A DNA stretch of 64,000 nt from Tubiluchus corallicola (Eukaryota > Animalia > Priapulida): positions 17,076-81,075 of the forward strand of contig JAQGDQ010000912.1 in NCBI GenBank assembly GCA_030141605.1, written 5' to 3'. Below, piece after piece: positions 37,501 to 50,400 of this stretch (position 1 is its first letter; every line of letters starts with the position of its first letter). The position numbers and the translations under genes are program-made. The notes below the pieces were generated by a model. The model searched no databases and was not told the origin of the DNA. It saw only the letters and a program-made list of their open reading frames with translations.

Positions 37501-40500
37501 TGTCCTATCATGTCCTGTCTTGTCCTGTTTCGCCCAGTCCTGCTAATTTGTCACGTCTCATTACCTCACCTCATCTCAAATGACATTATTTCACCTCACA
37601 CTCTCTTACCTTATCTTATTCATAGAGCATTTAGTGCACTTTTTATTATTTTATATTCAGCTGAATTGGCTCAAACTTGTCACAGTGGCTACAAAGGAAA
37701 TTTAATCAGTTGGAGAAGAGATCTTATCACATTGTACGGTTCTGCAACTGTGGTCACTCCGAGTGACTGTCCAGTGGAAGAAACAAGTGAACAGTTGTGT
37801 TTTGACCCTCCTGTAATGCAAGCAGAAGACGGGGTAATTAAAATCAATAATTTTGTAGTGTATATTTCCAAATGATGTTTTTGATAGCAGCAACGTAAAT
37901 TCATTACATGTTCGTAACATTGATAGTGTTTCTGGTTTTCAGGGCTTACATTTCTTAAAGTTGAAAAATATAAATAAATAAATACATACATACAGTAAGT
38001 CCTCGCTTAACGATGCTAATACGTTTCAGCAAAACACGACGTTAAGCGAAACGTCGTTAAAAGAAACCAAAACTTCCAAAGAAAAAAAGCAAAAGAATTG
38101 AGATACATTTCAGAGGCAAAAATCAATGCTGTTTAAATCATATAAATTAAACGTTTTATGAGTTTCGTTATGGTTTCTGCTAATTAATTGCTTTCTGCTT
38201 TCTTAAAAGGTGTCAAATGTTCAGCGTCATTAAAACGAAACTTTGCTAAACGGTCAGTCGTTAAGCGGGGAGTTACTATATTTTACACACTTGTCATTGC
38301 ATTCATCCAGTGGACACCAGTTCAAATCGAGGCCCAGCATACTTCCACAATTAATATTAAGCTGAGCCAAAACTCTGTGAAGACAGGCACAAGCTCTTAA
38401 AAAGTCTAGGAGTAAAATTAACATAACTCCTAATGAAAATAAAAAAAATTCTCAAACCATTTCGTAAAATCGTGGATCTAACTGGCCATTTTTATTGGAC
38501 CAAAAATTTGATTTGATGAGTAAGCAGCAGACGTTGCTCTACAATGCTCTAAACACTTCACAGAACATTTCAGAAGTTGTTTGCCTTGATTCTTGGCCAG
38601 TAACTGTAAGTATGGTAAATCATGGCATACAACCAACCTTTTTTTGTCTCAGCTTTATTAGAAAAGCTATTGACGTTGGTTTACTTTCACGTCCTTCTTA
38701 AAATCATAATCATTGCATTTTACTATGTGCATAGATGTGCTAAGAATGCATTATGCATTGATTTTGAATGCGCATGAGTACTGTAATAAGCCTTTTCTCA
38801 GGTGTGCATGCACAGTTGCTGTACGTCAAAGGTTAAGTGTACCTCAGCAATGCATCTTAACTACAAATGCCACGTGACGTGTGGGTAAAGCAAAGCCATC
38901 TGCGGCATCAATTCAGGAACTTCAGTTGTTTTACGCAGACTTTACTTAATTATGCATTAGTCTGTGCGAAGAGTGCTTTACTAGCAGGATCTTGCTTGGC
39001 AACAGGAAAAAATGAACTAGGCAATTTTCTAGCTAGTTGTTAAAAACTGTTACTATTACAATAGCATAGGCTGCGAGGCGTTGTCAAGGGTACACAAATG
39101 CATTGTCTGGTTCACTTAACCTTTGAACTCTTCACGATGATTATCATTCGCTGGAACTGTGAAAAGGCTTAATAGTGCTACATAAAATGCTAGCACGCTC
39201 TACTTTATCCAGCTAATGATAACATTAAGACTTTTTATCTATTTTTTAGTCTAGTCTTCTCTGGACTTTTTTACTTTAAAGAACCATCCCTTTAAGAAAG
39301 CTGTTGTCACAATGACAAGTGTATAATCATGACTCTCACTAATGTTCGTTAATGGGAGCCAAATTTCAAAAATACACAAATCCTAACAAAATGGATTTGA
39401 AATTACTTGCCCTGTTACGTTAAAAAATATACCCATAGTTTATCTTATCTGTGAGCTTTTGTTAAGTTAAGTCACTGTGACTTATGAATTTGATAAAAAT
39501 GAACACAGTTTAGGTCAAAGGTCAACTTGAATGAATTTTGTGTCTACTCATAATTTTTTGACTTGAAATATTCAATTGAACAATTTTTGAAAAGCAATTA
39601 AACCTAAAACTTCACATTTTATAAAAATTAAGGATTCGATCATCTTTGCCCCCATTACTCCCTTTACCCTCTACAAAAATTGTTGACATTTTGCAGAGTG
39701 TTACCCAAGCTAGATTTGTTCAGTGTACCTCAAACAATTCAAATCAGTTTTGCAGAGGGTTACTCAAGCTAGCTTTTGTTCAGCATACCTCAAACAATTC
39801 AAATCAGTTTTGCAGAAGTTACCCAAGCTAGATTTGTTCAGCATACCTCAGACAATTCAAATCAGTTTTGCAGAGGGTTTACCCAAGATAGATTTGTTCA
39901 GCATACCTCAAACAATTCAAATCAGTTTTGCAGAGGGTTACCCAAGCTAGATTTGTTTGGCATACCTCAAACAATTCAAATCAGTTTTGCAGAGGGTTAC
40001 CCAAGCTTGATTTGTTCAGCATGCCTCAAACAATTCAAATCAGTTTTGCAGAGGGTTACCCAAGCTAGATTTGTTCAGTAAACCTCAAACAATTCAAATC
40101 AGTTTTGCAGAAGTTACCCACGCTAGATTTGTTCAGCATACCTCAAACAATTCAAATCAGTTTTGCAGAGGGTTACCCAAGCTAGATTTGTTCAGTAAAC
40201 CTCAAACAATTCAAATCAGTTTTGCAGAGGGTTACCCACGCTAGATTTGTTTGGCATGCCTCAAACAATTCAAATCAGTTTTGCAGAGGGTTACCCAAGC
40301 TAGATTTGTTCAGTAAACCTCAAACAATTCAAATCAGTTTTGCAGAGGGTTACCCACGCTAGATTTGTTTGGCATGCCTCAAACAATTCAAATCAGTTTT
40401 GCAGAGGGTTACCCAAGCTAGATTTGTTCAGTAAACCTCAAACAATTCAAATCAGTTTTGCAGAGGGTTACCCACGCTAGATTTGTTTGGCATGCCTCAA

Positions 40501-41351
40501 ACAATTCAAATCAGTTTTGCAGAGGGTTACCCAAGCTAGATTTGTTCAGTAAACCTCAAACAATTCAAATCAGTTTTGCAGAGGGTTACCCACGCTAGAT
40601 TTGTTTGGCATGCCTCAAACAATTCAAATCAGTTTTGCAGAGGGTTACCCAAGCTAGATTTGTTCAGTAAACCTCAAACAATTCAAATCAGTTTTGCAGA
40701 GGGTTACCCACGCTAGATTTGTTTGGCATGCCTCAAACAATTCAAATCAGTTTTGCAGAGGGTTACCCAAGCTAGATTTGTTCAGTAAACCTCAAACAAT
40801 TCAAATCAGTTTTGCAGAGGGTTACCCAAGTTTGATTTGTTCAGTAAACCTCAAACAATGCAAAACCTTTTAGTCATGAGACGTTAAAACTATTCTTCTA
40901 CCATTCGTAACATTGACATTTTCTGGCATTGTGCAGTTTTGCCCTGATGGATACGAAGCGCATCTGGGATTCTGCTACAAATTTCACGGGACACCTGAGA
41001 TCCACTTAGATGCTCATGATATATGCGCCTCCGAAGGTGGAACACTGGCTAAGATTGACACTGATTGCAAGTGGGACTCTCTCTCAAAGTTGATTCGTCC
41101 GGAGCCTGAATCAGAAAGGTACATTAATATCTGTAACAAGATATCTTGCTTACAAGTAGGTGAGGATGTATTCATCTTTTGCTGAAAACAAGGGAGAAAA
41201 ACGAAGAAGGAAAGGAAAGAGACACAGAAAGGAGAGTGTAAATGCAAGGGGAAGAGGAAAAAAGTGCAAGTGTGACAGAGAAGAGAGAGTGGTAGAGAGA
41301 GAGAGACACAGAGAGAAAGAGAGAGAGACAGCGAGAGAGAGAGAGAGGTAT

Positions 41352-41416
<65 letters not shown>

Positions 41417-44400
41417 GAGAGAGAGAGAGGAGACACAGAGAGAGAGAGAGAGAGAGAGAGAGTACAATACTTGTTGTTTTTCATTTTCTGCGTTATATAT
41501 TCCATTTGTAATTAGAGATTGTGTTTTAAATCTAAATAACTGGTATTTAATGATCTTTTGTGATATTTTCCATTTCTTTCTTTCTTCATAAGATATTATG
41601 TCTTGCCCATTTGTGCATTGCTAATACATGTCTAATAATCATGTGTGTCACAGTAAAAATTTGTTATGGTTTTCTATTGTGTTTATATTGCCGAACATGA
41701 AATTTTCATATTTAAATTTAGTTTGTAAGTTGAATTGTCCAACGATTGTCTAGGATAGATTCAGACTTTCAGACTAACTTTAAAATAACTAAAATGTTTG
41801 AAAAATAAACTGAAGTCTGTTATTTGATATGTTACAGTATTGTGGACAATGTCTGGATTGGACTTACCTATGAAGGACAGGATTGGGAGTGGGAAGATGG
41901 GGCACAGTTGCAGGAATTTGATAAATGGGCTGAAAATGAACCACAGGGTAAATTTACTCTGCATATAATTTTTTCTTTAATTTTATTTATTTATTTATTA
42001 TGTTGTTAAAGGAAGACAGGATGATTTTTCACACAATCCCATTTTCAAGTCAATAAAAATTATAGATTTTAACTCAATTAATACTGCAAAGTTGTTTCTG
42101 ATAAAATTAAATAATAGATTAAAATCTTAATTAACAGCGGGCGAGCCCAAAACTATTGACGACCTCACAAACTAACATAATTTTCAACAGAAAAAATATT
42201 CCACGAGCGTGTTGCACGTGTTTGAGAAAGAGGAAATTGAAGTACAGTGCTGCTGTAAGAGATTCAGTGAGTTGTACTAAAACTAGGCAAGTTTTAAGAT
42301 AAAAAATAAAGTTTCAAATTTACGGCTGCACTCACGCATGAGCTGTCGAATGTGTGTAGTTCGTCTCAAACTAACACATGTGAAACGAGAGGTACAGCAC
42401 TTGTTTTTTGTGCAATGCATTTCGGAAATGCAGGCGCTAGTGCCCGTCTAACTAACGAATGGCGAATTGCATGTACCAGCGAAGAACTAGTAGCGCGAAC
42501 GTGAAATTTTGTTTGTGTGGTAATAATTCTTTCACGTAAGTCACTTTTGAAAAAATAGCATGTTTCCTTTCAATATTTTAAAGAGTAGATTGCTTTGACC
42601 TACAGTTTAAGATTGGGTCCGGTTTTGCTTTAAATAATTCAGCATTGAGTGTTATTAGATCAGTATATTTAGTAGACTCAGCCAGGCAGGACTAATGAGA
42701 GGATTTTTAGGGGGCCTGGGTAAGACAAATTTTGGGCCGCCACTCTCTCCTGTGCAAGGTTATGAAGACTATAATATACAAAAATGTTCAATAATCATTA
42801 TTTGTTAGTAACTGGAATAGGTTTATTCACAGTGAACCATAATACGTTTCATTTTCTGCTAACTGAGATTGACCGATTGGTAGAAAACCTATGGACGAGC
42901 TTTGACCGTACAAAACTGACGTTAGGATTACAAAATTGGAAATTATCGTGTGGCGGGACCAGCACAAAAATTGTTAGACACAACATGCATAAATCAAGTT
43001 AAAGCTTCGTATGTTTTACAATACCAGCTGTCTAGTGTTTAGCATATGAAGCAAATGTAGGTGATAAAAATATTGTCCAACTATGCAAAATTTAGCATTT
43101 CTAAGTTCTAACTTACCATTGCATAGCTAGAGTAGGGCATGTGATTCTGATACACACAAATACTGGTCATTCTAACGTACAAAATTTAATATTCATGGCC
43201 CGGGTGCAAAACTAATCTGCCCCTCGTGTGTGATTAAACAGTTCTGGGAGGTTTCCAGGTGCAGCTTGGTTTTGATCTGTCCCGAATCTTCGTAGTAGGC
43301 ACGAAATGTAAATGTCATACTTGTCAGTTTTGTGGGTAATTACAATGATGAGGTTAAAAGTTTATAAACAACAATGGAAAGGTGAATTATCTGTGTAGTC
43401 ACAAGCTGTGGTTGCTGCATAGTTAAGCAAAGCTGTGTCTGCTTAGCAAATGCAAATAAAAATTCTCTTTCTTGGCTGTTTCACCTGCCTCCGTCCCCAG
43501 CTTTTGTCTCAGTGGTAGACAGCTAAATTCAGTAGAAACAAGGAGGTACCCATCTATTTACCGATCAGCCATCATGTTGCTTAACTTTGGTTGCAAATCA
43601 CACCCATGCCATATTTAGTCACTCGTGCTCAGCAGCTTGTTAAATGATAATGTTTGGCGCCTACACAGTGTTGTGAAAGACATCAATTAAACAATTATAC
43701 TTCTGAAATGTGAATAGGCGTGAAGCGTGCGATGATCAGCATTCATTGTGCGGCCAGTAATCATTCTAATCTGGAACTGTCTACTGTGATATTAATTGAT
43801 TGATTGATTGACTGATTGATTGACTGATTGATTGATTGATTGTGATATTAATAAATAAATGTTGAACATTTTTCTAGAGAGCAGTAATGAGGAACATGCT
43901 TGCATAGAACTCAGCAAAACTGCTGATTCAGCATACTATTGGAAAAAAGAAGAGTGCGGTAACAACAAAACAGTTGTATGTGAGTACGCTGCAGCTGAAT
44001 CTGGTATGTACTATAAATTTACATTCTGTTTACTGTCTAAGTTCTAATCAAACTTTTTCGTAAATTTCAGGAAAAGTGGTCCTGTGTAGCAGGTTAGGGT
44101 TAGATTTTTAGTGTCGTAAGCGTCTTGGAGATCTACCCAATAATCACCCAAACAAATTTCACCAATCTGTGATAAACAAGATAGTGAGCAAAACCTTTCA
44201 GGAAACTGGCTTGTGTCTTTTAATCAGACATTTTGTATTTATTGCTACTCTAATTTGTATCTAATTACAATTGTAATTGTAGTTTATTGTCCACTTCAGC
44301 ATAATTGCAATTCAGATTATAACTGTCATACATGAAACCAATTGTAGTTACAATAATTGTAAAAGAACTATATTACTATAGTTACAAAACTACATAACAA

Positions 44401-47400
44401 TTTATCAACAGGAAATATATGCTGCATGGTGGTCAAGGATCAAGTCTTGTAAGATCATCATGAAAAGTGGAGAAAAAACTGCTTAATTAACAAGAGAAAG
44501 AATCATAGAAAAACAGAGAATAGTAAAGATAAAATAATAGAATAAGATAGAGAAAGAGAGAAGAGAAATGAAATAGAAAGGAGTTCAGCGGAGATACGTG
44601 ATGCAAAAGTATGAAAATATCAACTGTAAAGTAACCAGTCGTGGGATGTACTGTAACTATGGAACTTCATGGCATAACCAGAGAATGCTTTATAAGTAGG
44701 TTTTGATAGTGTAGTTTCGTGCTTTTGTCTATGTAAATTTATTATCAATGTCTTAAGATGTATTTCATTGTGCTTTTACTCGTTAATTGTAGGTATTATT
44801 TTTTATTTGTATTTTTATATATTATTTTATTTTGCTTATAGTAAAACAGTACAGCAGCACAGAGCGGCAGCAGTAAATTATTAAGCAGTACCGAGATGCT
44901 GCGTAGCGCTGTGTAAGGCTGTAAAAATAATTTATTGTTGTTGTCGTCGTCGTCCCCGTTGCTGTTGATGTTTTTACGATCATCATCATCATCATATCCA
45001 TCATCATCATCATCATCATCATTTATCATCATCACCATCACCACCACCATCAGCACCACAATCACCACCACCATCACCACCACCATCACCATCATCACCA
45101 CCATCATCACCACCGTCATCACCACCACCATAACCACCACCATCACCTCCAACATCACCACGACCATCACCACCGTCATCATCATCATTGACCCACCTAA
45201 AATCTGTTCCCCTTCAGGCAATAATAACTAAACAAAAATTGTTTGTCCAACTGCTTGTCCTTTTCTTTATACTAGACCGTCCCAAACAAGTTCAATGCTA
45301 ATTTCACTTACTTGTTTCTTTCAATATTTTAGCACTCAGCCTTGAATGTCCTAGTGACTGGAGTTCACAACTAGGACTTTGTCTCAAAGTCTTGAACTTC
45401 AACGATGGTAAAACATTTTATCAAGCAGAAAGGAAATGTCACGAAAACGCTGATGGACGCCTTAGTCACCTTGCAAAAGTTGATTCTCATGGAAAACTTA
45501 CTGTAATTGTGGAGAATCTATTGAACCGTGATTCACATGAGTGAGTTGCAGAAACTATTAGTTTGAATAGGCCTTTATTACCACATTAAGGTAACGCTTG
45601 TTGTCATCCAGGTGTATTTTCACAGAATGTGACATCAGTAAGCACTGGCAGTGAGCTTTACTCTGAACACACTTGAATGTTATCATGCTATTGAATGTAC
45701 ACGTATTTAAAGATTGGAAAATATTAACAGCGTTTTTGTGTTTCTTGAAATTCTGAACAGTTTCACAGCTGGTTTTATCACTTGGGCAGCAACCATGTAC
45801 ATGTTGTATATAATAACTGGTGGTAATTTCTTTACAGTTATTAATAAAACTGTATGTAAGTATCAAACTTTCAGCCTGTGAAAAATCTGTTGCAAGTAAA
45901 CAAATTTATAAAACAATTATTGATTCATGCACGCAAATTCATAGTGGGAGTACTGGCTGTCAATTCAATAGCCAGCGCAGGGCAGACTCGCGTCCCTGGA
46001 CAATTCTCATAACAGCTTTGCACATTTAAACAGTTGTCGAATTTGGAAAGTTAGGATGATTTCAATAATTTTCCCAAAATCTTATGCAGAAAAAATACTG
46101 CAGTTTTTATGTTGAACAGTTTTAGATACAAGCTATGACTTGGAAACTAGAAGGCTTTGAAATGATAATTCTTTGAAAATTCTACTGACTTTTTGTATCA
46201 CCGTGTTAATTGCACAACTAAATAAAAAAATTAAGCATTTTATTTATAGTGCCACAAAGAAAATTCAATTCACCTTCAGAAGATATATAGTTTTGCAATT
46301 AGGCCTTTAATGGGTATTTTTGCATAGGATGTCAAAACTACACTATTATACGTCGTCATGAAGGAATTCAATGACTATTTCTTCATTAAGTTACGTGAAG
46401 CGGTGTTAACTGAAACTTATAAACTCTTATTTTATCATTTTAGTGTAGTTTATAGTTACTCAACTAAAATAATATGATGAGTCCATGTAATTAAAGCAAA
46501 GAACAAGTCACTCAGTATGTTGGGTTTATTTACTGTTATCTCTTAATCTTAGAAAAATATAGCAAAGAAATTCGCAAAAAATCTCTATCTAGTAATTAGC
46601 TATCTAATTTTTTTTGTAAAAACTTATTATATCTTTGACGGATATTGACAGTGCGCTAATTTTCTTCAGGACGAATGACGTCATTGGAAGAAGAATAGGC
46701 ATTGAAAATGGGGTCGTCCAAGCATGAAGTGATCACGACATTAAACTGATTTTACTAATTACGCGAGGCGGTTATCACACTTTTATTACGAAATCCTTCT
46801 AACATTTTTCGCAGCCATTGAAATAAGCTTAAGTTTGCAGAAGGATTGACTTTTCCTTTAAAGAGCAGTGAATGCAAGTGAAATGCACGCATTTTAGCTT
46901 TATCTTAATAATAGTAAATTATACTGTAAGTACGACTGTAGCTATCGTAACATTCTTCATTATTTCCCTGTAAATCTGCAGAAGACGTGATGGAGGAATT
47001 TCCTGTATTTGATTACTCTTCCATAAAGCCAAGATTTCCCATATTGGTTAATACTGAGCCCAGGTCTTAGCCCTTTAGTCAGTATAAATGTTTTAGGGAC
47101 ATAAGGTGATTTGTTATTAGAGCTAAAAGAGAAACAGGATGATTTTTCATATACTACCCCATAAAAAGTGTACATTTTAACACAATTAATACTGCAAGAA
47201 ATTTTCTGATATAATAGATTAAAATCTTAATTAAGGCTGGCGAGCCCAACTATTGATGATATCACAAACTAACATAATTTTCAACAGCAAAAATATTCCA
47301 CGAGCGTGTTGCACGTGTTTGCGAGAGAGAAAATTGAAGTACAGTGCTGCTGTTAAATATTCAGTGTGTTGTACTAAAACTAGGCAAGTATTAAGATAAA

Positions 47401-50400
47401 AATTCAAATTTCAAGTTTACCGCCGTGCTCACGCATGAGCTGTCGAATGTGTGTAGTTCGTCACAAACTAACACATCTGAACTGAGAGGTACAGCATCTG
47501 TCTTTTGTACAATGCGTTTCCAAAATGCAGGCGCAGCACTGTCAAACTAGAGAAAGGCGAAATGCTTGTAACAGCGAAGAACTAGTGGTAACAATTCTCT
47601 CACATTAGTCAGGTTTGACAAAATAGTACGTTTACTTTCAATATTTTAAAGTATATGTTCCTAAAGAAGATTTGGTCCGGTTTTGCTTGAAGCATAAATT
47701 TGTTAATATCCAGTCTATAAGGATGATGAATAGCTGAATTGTCACAGTCTGTGCGTAATAACTGGAGTTAAGCACAATCAGTAAATGGACAGAGGACTGC
47801 TGCCTTGCAGATTTGGCTTTTTTTCTCATTGGGGCACCTCTCATTTTATCATCTTTTAAGATCAGACACATGACTGAACCGCCTGAGCAGTGTCCTGTGT
47901 CTGATCGTAGAGGATTGTCTTTGGCAGCTAACTAGGTCCTGGTCCCACCGCAACTGTGTACATTACTTAACCACTGTCATGGTGTGGTGGATAACAGCTA
48001 CTTAGTGTCACAAACTTCCTCTCTGTTTTAGTACTTGGATTGGATTAATGAGACTTGATGGCAGCCTCCCATATAAGCACATACTTGACATGAGTGAGGA
48101 GAATTTACAAGAGGATATTTTTCATCATTTTCATGGAGAAGGTGACGATACTGATTAATTCCTTGGTGATTCAGTTAACGAAAATTATTTCTGTATTATA
48201 ATTTATTGATTGCATGCTTTACAGTGTGTAAAGCATTTGTATGTAAGATGAGATGGTATAAGATAAGATCTTAAGTTAAGACAAGATAAGATAAGGTAAG
48301 GTAAGGTAGGGAAGGGTAGGGTAGGGTAGGGTAGGGTACAGTACGCTAAGAAACGATACGGTAGGACAGGACATGATACGATACAATACGAAAAGTTGAG
48401 ATGAGACGAGATGGTATGAGATGAGATAAGATAACATAAGATAGGATAAGATAGGATAAAGATAAGCTATTCTAAGCTAAGATAAGCTAAGCTAAGCTAA
48501 GCTAAGGCAAGGCAAGGCAAGGCGTTGAAGTTTGGTAAAATATTATTTTGTAATATTAATTAGCAGGAAATACAGTTAGGATGCCGAACGACCGTACATT
48601 CAACCAAGTCAGCCACCCTTATTTTAGTGATTCTGTAATTTTCTTACACGGTTGGATATGCTGATGATTTTGAAGAATTCATTTCTTGAAATTAAATAAG
48701 TTGGTGAAAACTAGAATTCAGTAAATAAATGATAATATTGTAATGAGGAAATTGAACAATGAACAAAAGCAGAACTAATTGAAATAACATTATTATAAGC
48801 AAATAAAGCAGCTTGGACTTTTAAAGGTGATAATTATGAAATAAATACATGCTTTAAAAGACATATTAAAATCATACGAAAATGTGTGATGGTAGTTATA
48901 ATAATCATTGATTTGTAGTTACATTCCAAAGCTCTGGCTCTTAATTTCAAGGCATAATAAATATGGCATAGTTGTTGAAGTTTGAAAATTAAACATGAAA
49001 CCGTAAAATTTCTTAGCCCAAATCCAGTCACCTGTCTGATATTTCTTGTTTTTGTAATCAAATGGTCGTGTGATGCTTCATCATGACTTATTGCTTGTTG
49101 TATTTTCTTTTTAGATTGTGCAAAACTAAAAGTTTTTCCTGAAGAGGAAGAAGAAGAAGAACCAGAGATTCGGGCTGATATTTTCACAGAAGTTTGTACA
49201 GATGAACTGTTTGCAGCTGTTTGTGAAATACAGCTACCTCAAGGTTAGTAAATGTACACGTATGTGTTGGAATATTTTTGCAAGTAACTGCACTCGTTAA
49301 TGTGATTAACATAACGTGTATAGTTTGCAGGCATTAACAATTTCTTATTAAACAACTTTTAGAACATTCTTACTCTTGCTCTGAGGATGATGACGTGTTT
49401 AATGGAGATGGGAAATGCATGCGTTTCATGGACATTGAAGTTGACCATGACGAAGCACTGGTCTCTTGTGAAAGTGGACTGAATTTGTTAACTGTGAAAA
49501 CTGATTATGACGTGATCACACTTAGATCTACAAACTGGTAAGTTTTGTTAATACAGAAAAAGAATTGTCGTATTTTCATATCATTTTGCAATATACCTTC
49601 TAAGGATTATTGTTAACATACAAGTATTGTTGCTGTTTCGTGTGACTAGACATTTTTGTTTATACCTGTCAATACATGCTGCAAATTGTTTGCATTTTAA
49701 ACTCAATTGCTTTCGATAAATGAAACATTCAGGGTTAATTAATGTTTTATTTACATGTAAAAGGCATGTTGACGCTTGTATTAATAATATTGCTCTGCTA
49801 ATTTCTTTTTTATTTTTAGGAATAGCATGTGGTTAGCTGCAAAATTCAATGACGAAACTGGAAGATTTGAATATCCAGATGGTTCAAGTTTTGGCTATTA
49901 TGACCATATTGCAAACAACTGGGTTGGGACTGATTATACCACTTGGTCAGATGGACAGTACCCTGAAATTAATGAAGTGCTGGGGGTATGAAAAGTTGTT
50001 TTTTTATTCTAAACTCTAAATTGTCAGATCTTTTCTTTTATCATATGAAAACTAAACCCATTAGATAGTTATTGAAAATATGTTCGTTTTTCACATAGTA
50101 AAAAATGCTCTAACAGTCTACTATCATATTATTACTTTTGTTTTCATTAAAATGTTCATAGTTTCACTTGAAGGGAAGTTGCAGTTTTCTTCTGTAAAAT
50201 AAGACTTTGCTGTTAAGTAGAGACAAAACATTAAATGTTCCCCCGGTTTTCTTCAAGTATAGCTTTAGCTACTTGGCTAACTGCTGGTCTGATAAAGACA
50301 AAACATTGAATGTCCCCTGGTTTTCTTCAAGTATAGCTTTAGCTACTTGGCTACTGCTGGTCTGAGGAAGACAAAACATTGAATGTTCCCCGGTTTTCTT

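Noticed and set aside
36554-37660. Cys/Pro-rich ORFs running into gene B exon 6
   Set aside because: Pentanucleotide satellite; the real exon starts at the acceptor at 37661, matching the paralog's 173-nt exon.
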